Origin: Trichodesmium erythraeum IMS101
Lineage (GTDB): Bacteria > Cyanobacteriota > Cyanobacteriia > Cyanobacteriales > Microcoleaceae
Assembly: GCF_000014265.1 (NCBI RefSeq)
Contig: NC_008312.1
Coordinates: 5,250,001 to 5,282,000 of the forward strand
Direction of reading: 5' to 3'
DNA: 32,000 bases
Positions 1 to 9,070 of this stretch are shown here, piece by piece. Positions within the stretch are counted from its first letter, which is position 1. The number at the start of each line of letters is the position of its first letter. A model generated the notes under the pieces. That model worked only from the letters and a program-made list of their open reading frames with translations, ran no database searches and had not been told where the DNA came from. The position numbers and the translations under genes are program-made.

Positions 1-53
1 ATAAGTATCATACTCTCTAGAGAAACGCTATTGATTAATATAATTTCAACTTT

Positions 54-512
54 TCATCTTGGAGAATTGTGATGATAAGTATCAACGTTTTCTTTCTTCT
101 TGCCACTTAACAGTCGCTCACAAATACTTAGCAGATATAATTTACTACTGATAGGTGCTCGTGGCAATGGTGTTTCAGTGTCAGGCCAGTTAGGAAGATC
201 GAAACATGGACAGTACTCAGGAGGCATTCCTTTAACATGAAATGGAATTGGCATCGAACAACGAGCGCAAGAACAAATATCCCATTGTGGAGATAATAAT
301 TCTTCAGTTGTCTGATTAGTTCCTTCTAAATAACAATCTCCTGATTCAGATGATAAAATTTTCTGCCAGCATTCTTCAAATTCTTGAGTGTAGCGATCGC
401 CTGATAGTATAACTTGAGGGACGAAAGATTCTTGGCCATTTCTAGTTAACATTTTCTTACCTAATTGAAACCAATAGGCAATGTATTTTCTAACTTGATC
501 GTGAGATGCCAT
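54..512 (-). CDS. conserved hypothetical protein, Cys-rich
   Basis: 152-codon ORF with an ATG start. Clustered Cys motifs (CSCARCS, YCPCFD) suggest a metal-binding fold. I cannot name a family. An in-frame HIP1 site lies at 393-400. Confidence 0.6.
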   Translation of the reverse strand: MASHDQVRKYIAYWFQLGKKMLTRNGQESFVPQVILSGDRYTQEFEECWQKILSSESGDCYLEGTNQTTEELLSPQWDICSCARCSMPIPFHVKGMPPEYCPCFDLPNWPDTETPLPRAPISSKLYLLSICERLLSGKKKENVDTYHHNSPR

Positions 513-687
513 AACTTAAATGTCCGATAATTTTTTACTTATAGTCAATAGAAATATTTAATATTTAAAACAATTTAATTTTCTAAGATCTAATTTTATT
601 AGAATTAATACATTGTGCATAATTTAAGTGTAGTATAAAGTTGAAGCATTTAGTTATTGAGAATTTATTAAGAATTACAAGATGAAA

Positions 688-1251
688 TTAAAGTTTTAAA
701 GGTATTCCTAAATCACTTAGAGGCAAAATGTAACCTGCAGTAACTAGATAAACAGAGTCAGAAATAACTCCTAACCGACGAATAAGACTACCAAGGCGAT
801 CGCGAAACAAACGTCCAGAAGGAAAAGAAGGAACAACTCCCCAACCTGTTTCTTCAGCGACTAAAATGACATTACCCTTAACTTTTAATAAACATTCAAT
901 TACTGTTTCTAAAGTTTCATTCCAAGTCTGTTCATCCTGTGCCAAAATATTAGCTAACCAAGTACCTAAAGAATCTACCAAAATACAAGAATCTTCATCG
1001 CTATAATTAATCAAAGCTTCTGATAATTTTACAGGTATTTCTAAAATTATCCAGTCAGAAGGACGACGATTTTTATGTTGTTTAATTCGAGCTTGCCATT
1101 CTAAATCACTAGCATTAATTTGAGAAGTAGCTATATATATTACTTTTTTTCCAGAATTAGTGGCTAAACTTTCTGCCCACTCACTTTTACCAGAACGAGC
1201 AGGGCCAGTAACTAAAATTAACTTATCAGAATTAGCTGTAGAAAAATTCAT
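688..1251 (-). CDS. cobU: adenosylcobinamide kinase / adenosylcobinamide-phosphate guanylyltransferase (CobU/CobP)
   Basis: P-loop LILVTGPARSGKSEWAE near the N-terminus and about 187 aa, typical of CobU/CobP. I moved the start to the ATG at 1249-1251 (MNFSTANSDK...). The 18 extra hydrophobic codons of the ORF-track call (to 1305) are not part of the family. Confidence 0.85.
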   Translation of the reverse strand: MNFSTANSDKLILVTGPARSGKSEWAESLATNSGKKVIYIATSQINASDLEWQARIKQHKNRRPSDWIILEIPVKLSEALINYSDEDSCILVDSLGTWLANILAQDEQTWNETLETVIECLLKVKGNVILVAEETGWGVVPSFPSGRLFRDRLGSLIRRLGVISDSVYLVTAGYILPLSDLGIPLKL

Positions 1252-1338
1252 GGAGAATAAAACTAAATGTTCAACTAGGAAGGATAATAAATTTAGGAAA
1301 AGCAATTATGTCGATATTCAAAAAATCATAACTAAACT

Positions 1339-2268
1339 ATGGTCTTAATCTCTGCTATTATATGTACTCATAATCGGGACAATTATTTAGGAGCTGCAAT
1401 AGATAGCTTGTTAGCACAGGATTTTCCTGGTAACTTTGAAGTATTAGTAGTAGATAATGCTTCAAAAGATAACACTCGCAAAGTAGTAGAAGCAAGACTT
1501 ACGAACCCCAAACTGGAATATATCTATGAACCAGTCACAGGGTTATCTGTGGCCAGAAATACGGGGGCAAAAACAGCCAGTGCTGAAATTTTAGCTTATC
1601 TTGATGATGATGCTGTTGCTAGTTCCCAATGGTTAAGAGTACTATACGAAGCCTATCAAAGTAACAATAAACTAGCTATTGCTGGGGGCAAAGTCACTTT
1701 AATTTGGCCCAAAGAAATTTATCCTCCCAAATGGCTGTCTGTAGAATTATCAGGCAACTTAGGTTACTATGATCTTGGTAATTCTGTTGTATATATTGAC
1801 CAACCAAGCTTAACTCCTAGAGGTCTAAACTATTCAATTCGTCGAACATTTCTGGAACAAATTGGTGGTTTTAATACTAATTTGGGTCGAGTCGGCAAAA
1901 AATTATTATCAAATGAAGAGTTACACAGCACAGAATTAGCCATAAAGCAAGGTTGGCAAGTAGCCTATCTACCAGAAGCATTAGTTGCTCATAACGTAGC
2001 ACCAGAGAGGGTAAAACCTTCTTGGTTTATTGAAAGAGGTTGGTGGCAAGGTATCAGTGAATGTTACCGAGAACAGCTAGCTGGTCAAGCAGGTTTCGGC
2101 CAATTATCCCGGGGAGGGGAGAGAATGATTAGAGGTCTGTATAAGTCTCTAAAAAATATTACAGACCCGGCAAAGCGTTTTGATAATTTTGTGTACGCTT
2201 ATGGCCAAATTGGCTATTTAGGAGCAGCTATTCAGGGTATGATACTCAACATCCTCCCCGGCTGTTAG
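1339..2268 (+). CDS. glycosyltransferase family 2
   Basis: GT-A signatures: ISAIICTHNRDNYLGAAIDSLLAQ, VVDNASKDNT, and the DxD motif in AYLDDDA. Confidence 0.85.
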   Translation: MVLISAIICTHNRDNYLGAAIDSLLAQDFPGNFEVLVVDNASKDNTRKVVEARLTNPKLEYIYEPVTGLSVARNTGAKTASAEILAYLDDDAVASSQWLRVLYEAYQSNNKLAIAGGKVTLIWPKEIYPPKWLSVELSGNLGYYDLGNSVVYIDQPSLTPRGLNYSIRRTFLEQIGGFNTNLGRVGKKLLSNEELHSTELAIKQGWQVAYLPEALVAHNVAPERVKPSWFIERGWWQGISECYREQLAGQAGFGQLSRGGERMIRGLYKSLKNITDPAKRFDNFVYAYGQIGYLGAAIQGMILNILPGC

Positions 2269-2319
2269 GGATGGAGCGTTCTTGCCGACCGAAGCCTAAA
2301 GCCTAAGGGTGCGCGCAGG

Positions 2320-2368
2320 TTGACTTTGTCTTAGTATTGTTACGACTAGAAAGTCAAAGACCTTTTTT
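2320..2368 (+). terminator. intrinsic-terminator-like hairpin downstream of the GT2 gene
   Basis: TTGACTTT (2320-2327) pairs with AAAGTCAA (2350-2357), with an inner GTC/GAC pair. A T6 run follows at 2363-2368, five nt after the stem. Confidence 0.35.
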
Positions 2369-2485
2369 ATAAGGATGGGGTCTAGGATGAGGAAAAAAAC
2401 CTTATTACCTAATACCTAAGGCCTAAAACTTTTAAAGGGTAGGGACAACAATAATAGTAATTCCCAATATTAAAAATTATTTACT

Positions 2486-3415
2486 ATGATATCACCTAAG
2501 ATACCAGTATCAGTTCTAATTCCTGCTAAGAATGAAGAGAAAAATTTACCTGCTTGTCTAGAAAGTGTAGCAATAGCAGATGAAATATTTGTGGTAGATT
2601 CTCAAAGTAGTGATCAGTCTACTGAAATAGTTGAAAGTTATGGAGCAAATTTAGTACAGTTTCATTTTAATGGAACTTGGCCGAAAAAGAAAAATTGGTC
2701 TTTGGAGAATTTACAATTTCGGAACGAGTGGGTATTAATAGTTGATTGTGATGAACGTATTACTTCAAAACTTTGGGATGAAATTGATAGAGCAATTCAG
2801 GATCCAAATTATAATGGTTATTATATCAACCGGAAAGTATTTTTTCTAGGCAAATGGATTCGTCATGGAGGGAAATATCCTGATTGGAACCTCAGATTAT
2901 TTAAACACAAAGAAGGTCGCTACGAAAACCTAAAAACTGAGAGTGTGCAGAATATTGGGGATAATGAGGTACATGAACACGTTATTTTAACTGGCAATGC
3001 AGGCTATTTAAAAAATGATATGCTTCACGAAGATTTTCGTGATTTATTTTGCTGGATCGAAAGACATAACCGTTATTCTAATTGGGAAGCGCAGGTATAT
3101 TACAATGTACTAACTGGTCAAGGTGATAATGAAACTATTGGCGGTAGTTTATTTGGAGATGCAGTAAAGCGCAAGCGTTTTCTCAAAAAAATATGGGTGA
3201 GACTACCATTTAAACCTTTCTTGAGATTTATTTTATTCTATTTTATTCAACTAGGATTTTTGGATGGTAAAGCAGGATATATTTATGGTAGGTTATTGAG
3301 TCAATATGAGTATCAAATTGGTGTTAAGCTTTATGAGCTTAAAGACTGTAATGGTCAGTTGAATGTTGCTCAAAAGAAACGACAAAATACTAATTCTGAA
3401 CGAGTTAGTTGTTGA
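2486..3415 (+). CDS. glycosyltransferase family 2 (LPS/polysaccharide type)
   Basis: Motifs VSVLIPAKNEEKNLPACLESV, FVVDSQSSDQS and VDCDE, plus a C-terminal hydrophobic segment typical of this GT2 subgroup. Confidence 0.85.
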   Translation: MISPKIPVSVLIPAKNEEKNLPACLESVAIADEIFVVDSQSSDQSTEIVESYGANLVQFHFNGTWPKKKNWSLENLQFRNEWVLIVDCDERITSKLWDEIDRAIQDPNYNGYYINRKVFFLGKWIRHGGKYPDWNLRLFKHKEGRYENLKTESVQNIGDNEVHEHVILTGNAGYLKNDMLHEDFRDLFCWIERHNRYSNWEAQVYYNVLTGQGDNETIGGSLFGDAVKRKRFLKKIWVRLPFKPFLRFILFYFIQLGFLDGKAGYIYGRLLSQYEYQIGVKLYELKDCNGQLNVAQKKRQNTNSERVSC

Positions 3416-3485
3416 AATAGATTCAGATAGTAATAGCTAGTAGTAATAGAAGTTAGGCTCATTAAAAATATCTGGTTGAATTTTG

Positions 3486-3737
3486 TCATTCTTGAATTGA
3501 TAAAGAATCATTGGCAACAGTAACATCGTAAAAGTTCAAACATGGTAAATTTGTCGTCCTTAAGAATGTTTGAGCATCTCTATGGGGGAAAATATGAAGC
3601 AGAATATAGAAAATAGAAGTGTCTAAAATCTGTTTTCTGTATCTCTCATTTTTATCTAAATACTGGCAGAAGAACCGCACCATAAGTTTTAATTTAGTAT
3701 CGGGATGAATGCCTTGCAAGAAATGTGTCTTTATCAT
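3486..3737 (-). CDS. hypothetical protein, possibly a gene relic
   Basis: Only an 83-codon ORF inside a 423-bp spacer of the glycosyltransferase cluster. No recognisable motif and no obvious RBS. Confidence 0.2.
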   Translation of the reverse strand: MIKTHFLQGIHPDTKLKLMVRFFCQYLDKNERYRKQILDTSIFYILLHIFPHRDAQTFLRTTNLPCLNFYDVTVANDSLSIQE

Positions 3738-3847
3738 AAAACTTTAGTACTAGTATAGCAGTCGAAAACAATATTTATTGAGAAAACGTAAAAAGCAGCG
3801 ATGTCAAAACTTATTGTTCTGCTTAAAAACACATAGTAGTGGACATT

Positions 3848-4453
3848 ATGACAAATAAACAACAAACAGAATCTTGGGTCGATCTTCGCAAATACAACCA
3901 ATCTTGGTATGACCGAGGTAAACCAGGTTGGTTTGTATTGCTGTGGTGGTTAGTACAAGCAATTATTTTTCCCTTAACTCCTCAGCCTTTATATGGTGTG
4001 AGACGACTAATATTAAATCTTTTTGGAGCTAGAATAGGTCAAGGAGTTTTAATTCGCCCTACTGCCAGATTTACTTATCCTTGGAAAATAGTGATCGGTG
4101 ATTATAGTTGGATCGGAGACGATGTAGTTTTATATAGTCTTGAGCGTATCGAAATAGGTAAGCATTGTATTATATCTCAAAAAAGTTACCTTTGTACTGG
4201 TAGTCATAATATAGAAGACCCTACATTTGGTTTACAAACAGCAGGTATTACTATTGGCAATGGTACTTGGGTAGCAGCAGATTGTTTTGTTGGCCTTGGT
4301 GTTAAAATTGGTGCTAATGCAGTTATTGGTGCTAGGAGTAGTGTTTTTAAAGATATGCCTCCAGGCCAAGTTTGTTTAGGAACACCTTGTGAACCTCGTT
4401 ACCAAAGAAAAATTAAAGATATAGGAAGGAAGGAGTTAGAAGTTAGAAGTTAG
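3848..4453 (+). CDS. hexapeptide-repeat O-acetyltransferase, WcaF-like
   Basis: Left-handed beta-helix repeats (IGDYSWIGDDVVLY, IGNGTWVAADCFVGLGVKIGANAVIGARSSV) follow an N-terminal TM segment. I prefer the ATG at 3848 to the GTG at 3839. The last six codons lie inside a heptamer repeat array. Confidence 0.8.
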   Translation: MTNKQQTESWVDLRKYNQSWYDRGKPGWFVLLWWLVQAIIFPLTPQPLYGVRRLILNLFGARIGQGVLIRPTARFTYPWKIVIGDYSWIGDDVVLYSLERIEIGKHCIISQKSYLCTGSHNIEDPTFGLQTAGITIGNGTWVAADCFVGLGVKIGANAVIGARSSVFKDMPPGQVCLGTPCEPRYQRKIKDIGRKELEVRS

Positions 4454-4482
4454 AAGTTAGTAGTTAAGAGTTAGTAGTTAGC
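4434..4482. repeat. heptamer tandem array (AGTTAGA-type, 7 units), STRR-like
   Basis: Units read agttaga x3, agttagt, agttaag, agttagt, agttagc. The array spans the stop codon of the acetyltransferase CDS (4451-4453). Confidence 0.85.
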
Positions 4483-4571
4483 TTCATATTTAATATGACT
4501 AATAAATAAACCAGATATATATTTTCTTTTTTTTATATTTCCCAATTTCCAATTCCTTAATTTCAAATCTT

Positions 4572-6005
4572 TTACTCATTCATATTCTTATAAGTTGCTA
4601 CAGCAGAAGGTGAACTACGGTTCAAGTAGCGGAATATCCAATACTTAAAAACAGCATCCAAAATTACTGGAAAAGTTGCAATAAATAAGAAGTTAAAATC
4701 TCTACTTTCTGGTAATCCAAAATGTCTAGTAATATTTTCTAAAATTACTTCCCAACCGTGAGGAGAGTGAAATCCCACAAACATATCTGTTAACAAAATA
4801 ATGATAAACGCTTTAGCACTATCACTAAGACCATATACAACATCATCCATGAAAGATTTTAAAACCTCAAGTTCTCTTTTACGAGTAGAAATAATAATAA
4901 CAAAAGTTATCAAAGATATGAAATCACAAAAAATATTTTTAATCCCATTATTACCCTTGGCTTTGTATTCCAAAGCTATTTCTTGAGCCTTTTTTTCGAC
5001 TTTATGTTCAATCAATTCTTCCCGTTCTGATTTAGGTATTTCGGTAATTTCTTTCCCAGATTCATATAACTCTGGAAATAGCTCTGGAGCTTGACCTAAA
5101 TACATTTTAAAATGAAGTTTTTCCTCATATTGATGTAGTTTTACTAAAGCTTCCTCTTCCATGTTAGAATTAAGAAATAATTCTGCTTGTTGATGAGGTA
5201 GTGACATAAAATTATCAACCAAATAACCCACAAAAGTTATTTTTGATAACTGGTGTATAAGTAAAGGGACTAAAATCACCAGCAAAATAAATCTAACTGA
5301 AGTAAGAGTCTTAATCTGGGATTTCCTGAACTTTCTAATGACTTCTGTTTCAGCTTCAGGATCTAATTCTTGTTTGATTTTTTTGAAAGTCTTTAACAAG
5401 GAACGGGGCAAAAAGTTAGTGTTAGGAATATTACTTTTCAGTTCAGCTAAATTATTTTGATTCTGTGAAGAACCGGCTCGAACATTATTAGGATAATTAT
5501 TAACATTAACGTTACTAGAGACTATAGCTATAGATGATGAAGAATGAGGAATTTCTAGATCTGTATTTAATTCTTGTGCTTCATGGTTTGAGGATTTATA
5601 ATATCGACTAGATACTTGATCGATAAACTCTAGTTTGTCTAAAATGATTGATGATCGCCCTGGAAATTCTTGCTGGTAATTTTGATCAAATTTATCTTTT
5701 TGTTTGTCAACTTTATTTTGATCAAGAGTTCCTACTACTGAAATACTTGTATTAAATTCAGCTAATCTAACTTGAATAATTTTTAAGTATCGATTAAGTT
5801 GAGAATTAAAATAAGATTTAGTACTATTACTATAACTAATTGATACATTAGAAATTTTTCGGCCTTCAAAATGTTCCTCTTCAATAGACCTAATCTTGTT
5901 AGCAGCATCATAAGCCATGTTCAAAGCTCTTTCAGGAGTTTTTCGGAACCACTGGTTAGCATTCAGTACAGACAGTTTAAATTGCTTCCAGGGAGAAATA
6001 GCCAT
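4572..6005 (-). CDS. pxcA: proton extrusion protein PxcA (CemA family)
   Basis: C-terminal [14 protein letters not shown]...[33 protein letters not shown] is the CemA/PxcA signature. The N-terminus MAISPWKQF...TPERALN is also typical. A long N/S-rich variable linker lies in the middle. Confidence 0.9.
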   Translation of the reverse strand: MAISPWKQFKLSVLNANQWFRKTPERALNMAYDAANKIRSIEEEHFEGRKISNVSISYSNSTKSYFNSQLNRYLKIIQVRLAEFNTSISVVGTLDQNKVDKQKDKFDQNYQQEFPGRSSIILDKLEFIDQVSSRYYKSSNHEAQELNTDLEIPHSSSSIAIVSSNVNVNNYPNNVRAGSSQNQNNLAELKSNIPNTNFLPRSLLKTFKKIKQELDPEAETEVIRKFRKSQIKTLTSVRFILLVILVPLLIHQLSKITFVGYLVDNFMSLPHQQAELFLNSNMEEEALVKLHQYEEKLHFKMYLGQAPELFPELYESGKEITEIPKSEREELIEHKVEKKAQEIALEYKAKGNNGIKNIFCDFISLITFVIIISTRKRELEVLKSFMDDVVYGLSDSAKAFIIILLTDMFVGFHSPHGWEVILENITRHFGLPESRDFNFLFIATFPVILDAVFKYWIFRYLNRSSPSAVATYKNMNE

Positions 6006-6464
6006 ATTTATTAGATTCTGATAAATTGAAATAGATTACCATACATAAATAGTAAGCATTCAACCCTCACCTATCAGCTAGCCTTCTGGGTGAAAACTTC
6101 AACCATTCAACTATGAGTGATTAACTTATTGTCATGTTTGTGACAAATTAATCTCAAACAATAATTAAGAGTTATGAATGAAATTAGTCTGAAATATAAA
6201 CTTACTAATTCCTTGACTTTTTCAAAAGCTGTTTGCTGAATTGGGATAGCTGAATGCTTACTATAAATGATATTAGCAATCTAATCTAATTTTTATATCT
6301 TTGATCACAAGTTGCACTTATTTAAGAATGAATAAGATTTTTATTTTTTCGCTATAATTATATCATTTATAATCTAATTTTAGCATATTTTTACTTCTAT
6401 TGTCAGGAGCAGTTATCTTAAATACTTAGTGAAAATTATCTCTATATTCTGCAAGAAAATTTAA

Positions 6465-6788
6465 TTAAATTGAGGTCATCTTATTTAAGCGTTCCACTAA
6501 TTGTGGTGATTGTATTACTCCTTCTATTCTGTCTACTGGCTGACCATTTTTAAACAGGACTAAAGTGGGTAGGGATTCAATATGATAACGAGATGCTAAC
6601 TGAGGATATTTATCTGTATCAATTTTAACTATTCGCAGTTTATCTTTGATTTGTTGATTTACCTGTTCTAGAATAGGGGTCATCATCTTGCAAGGGCCAC
6701 ACCAGGTGGCATAAAAATCGACTAAAACGGGTAGATCTGAACCAGCAAGTAATTCATCAAAATTATTAAACTTCTTTTTAATTGCCAT
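6465..6788 (-). CDS. thioredoxin
   Basis: 107 aa with the WCGPC active site and the thioredoxin fold pattern (VLVDFYATWCGPCK...LPTLVLFKNG). Confidence 0.9.
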   Translation of the reverse strand: MAIKKKFNNFDELLAGSDLPVLVDFYATWCGPCKMMTPILEQVNQQIKDKLRIVKIDTDKYPQLASRYHIESLPTLVLFKNGQPVDRIEGVIQSPQLVERLNKMTSI

Positions 6789-7224
6789 AATAAAAAAATT
6801 TATTAGAACTGATATTATGATTGCTAATAATTATTAACAATGCACAGTAAGATTAACTCACTGAGGGGGTATTTCCCAATGCCTACTTTGAAAACCTGTC
6901 GACGCTTTTAAGTACTTACATTGCCTTGGTGGCTAGGTGTTCACAGAAGTTGAATTACAAGGCCCGGCAGTAACGTTAACTTATTAGTATAGTGGTTACT
7001 TAGTGGGCTAGTTCCATAGCACAAACTAGTCTTATTGTCTAATTATAACACAATTAGTTAACCTTGATAAGTATAGCTATATCAGTATATATAAACTTAG
7101 ATTTATAGATGTCAGCAAATCAGTAATAGTTAAATAACCAAAATTCCTGGAATATTTAAATTTTTGCTCTTTAGCATTTAGTATAAGCTAGTTTAAGCTT
7201 GATATAAAACAAAAGGATTTGATT

Positions 7225-7983
7225 ATGGAAGCATTGCCAGAAACATTACAACGTTTAAAAGGAAAAGTAGCAATAGTTACAGGTGCATCCAGAGGAATTG
7301 GCCGAGCAACAGCTTTAGCATTAGCAATGGAAGGGGCAAATGTAGTTGTTAACTATGCTAAATCTAGTGATACTGCTGAGGAAGTAGTAGCAGAAATAGT
7401 TGCGGCGGGTGGTAACGGTCTGGCACTACAAGCAGATGTTTCTCAAGTTGAGGAAGTGGATAACTTAATTAAAGAAGTGATGGAAAAGTGGAGTCGTGTT
7501 GATATCTTAGTTAATAATGCTGGTATTACTCGCGATACATTACTGCTGCGGATGAAACTAGAAGACTGGCAGTCAGTAATAGACTTAAATTTGACAGGAG
7601 TATTTCTTTGTACTCGTGCTGTGAGTAAAATTATGCTCAAACAAAAAAGTGGGCGCATTATTAATGTTGCTTCAGTGTCCGGGCAAATGGGTAATCCTGG
7701 TCAAGCTAATTATAGCGCAGCAAAAGCAGGAGTAATTGGCTTTACTAAAACTGTGGCCAAAGAACTTGCTAATAGAGGAATTACAGCAAATGTGGTTGCT
7801 CCTGGGTTTATTGAGACTGATATGACTAAAGACCTGAAAAATTCTGAGGAAATTATTAAGTTTATTCCTCTAGGTCGTTATGGTAAACCAGAAGAGGTAG
7901 CAGGTATGATTAGGTTTTTAGCTGCTGATGATGCGGCGAGTTATATTACGGCTCAAGTATTTAATGTAGATGGGGGTTTTTAA
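7225..7983 (+). CDS. fabG: 3-oxoacyl-[acyl-carrier-protein] reductase
   Basis: Classical SDR with TGASRGIG, NNAG and the YSAAK catalytic motif. Overall FabG-like sequence (LVNNAGITRDTLLLRMKLEDW, NVVAPGFIETDMT). I prefer the ATG at 7225 to the TTG at 7219. Confidence 0.9.
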   Translation: MEALPETLQRLKGKVAIVTGASRGIGRATALALAMEGANVVVNYAKSSDTAEEVVAEIVAAGGNGLALQADVSQVEEVDNLIKEVMEKWSRVDILVNNAGITRDTLLLRMKLEDWQSVIDLNLTGVFLCTRAVSKIMLKQKSGRIINVASVSGQMGNPGQANYSAAKAGVIGFTKTVAKELANRGITANVVAPGFIETDMTKDLKNSEEIIKFIPLGRYGKPEEVAGMIRFLAADDAASYITAQVFNVDGGF

Positions 7984-8424
7984 CTGTTATCTATAATTTT
8001 ACATTATCTGTAAATATAATCATTTCAATAGGATGTAAAACTGATTTACACCGAAATAACTAGTAAAAAACCAAAAAGCCAAACACTAGTTCTGTAGCTT
8101 TTCATGGGAATAAATTGGGATTTGTAGTTAACAAAAAATATTCTTAATTATAATTTCAATTATCTTGAAGTGTAAGATTAAGTCTTCCATTGTCATTAAC
8201 TTACATAAGTTTTTGGTAGCTATGGCTAAACTAAAAAACTTCTGGCTCTACTAAGATAAATTTATTTCTAGCTAGGAAAAACATTTCCGGCTAACAACAA
8301 AACTTACAAATTAAGTTGAGAGAAAACTATGATGAAATAAATTAAACCTTTTATAGAATCTTCTTTGTTAGCACTTTCTTCTAGTATTTTGCTAGTAACT
8401 TTACCTTAGTTGATGGTAGTGTTA

Positions 8425-8483
8425 ACTGTTACCTTGTTAGCTTAACCAGCACAAGCTAGAACAGTAACAGTACCTTTTATTTT
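8425..8483 (+). terminator. long imperfect hairpin followed by a T-rich tract
   Basis: ACTGTTAC (8425-8432) pairs with GTAACAGT (8464-8471). TTAGCTT (8437-8443) pairs with AAGCTAG (8453-8459, last pair a G-U wobble). The loop is 9 nt, followed by ACCTTTTATTTT. Confidence 0.3.
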
Positions 8484-9070
8484 GGGAAAGAGTTTTGGTT
8501 TTGGTTATGGTTCGTGTGACGTTATGGTGGTGTCGCAGGATACAGGTAATATTTACAAGATAAAGTATTATAGTTAGGTTGAATGAAGCCTCAGTTGTGT
8601 CTGAGGTTCTGATTGAGGTAAATTATATAATATAACTAACTATTTGCTGAGGAGAATTCATCCGGTCGGCAAATCATCTAATATTAGCTCGGTTGAAAAG
8701 TTATATTTAGAATACACTAATGTTATTTAGGAAGCTTTTTGAGGTAGAAAATTGCCCCCTGTCTATTATGGGTATATCAGAAGTCCTAAAGCAACATTTA
8801 AGGTAAAACAATTGATTAGGATGTGTTAGCTGAAGAAGGTGGACTCTAACGTGCAGTTTTTTTAGTTTAGGGTCATTAACAAATTTGACTTTTAACTCCT
8901 GATTTTTAGGTTTGTTTGTCAAATAGCATCTTACTAACTCTTCTTTGAGTTAATTAAAAAATCGCACTTCAGCAACCTATCACTAACTTTTTAATAACAT
9001 AATTCCATCTTTCAAAATATTGTAAGCATTCAGGTATTAGCTATCAGTTATTAGCTACTTTAAAAAATTG

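Noticed and set aside
1160-1348. 62-codon plus-strand ORF overlapping cobU
   Set aside because: It is antisense to the conserved P-loop region of cobU and runs into the GT2 start, with no support.
4801-4986. 61-codon plus-strand ORF inside pxcA
   Set aside because: It is antisense to the conserved CemA-family region.
7443-7658. 71-codon minus-strand ORF inside fabG
   Set aside because: It is antisense to fabG with no motif.
8507-8563. 18-codon mini-ORF MVRVTLWWCRRIQVIFTR with tandem Trp codons, superficially like a trp leader peptide
   Set aside because: No tryptophan biosynthesis gene lies downstream and no alternative terminator/antiterminator pairing is evident. This type of attenuation is not established in cyanobacteria.
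8707-8922. 71-codon minus-strand ORF in the fabG/AstE-like spacer
   Set aside because: It has no motif and no RBS, its composition is indistinguishable from the surrounding AT-rich spacer, and it sits in a region that looks like decayed DNA. It could be a relic but I cannot support a call.
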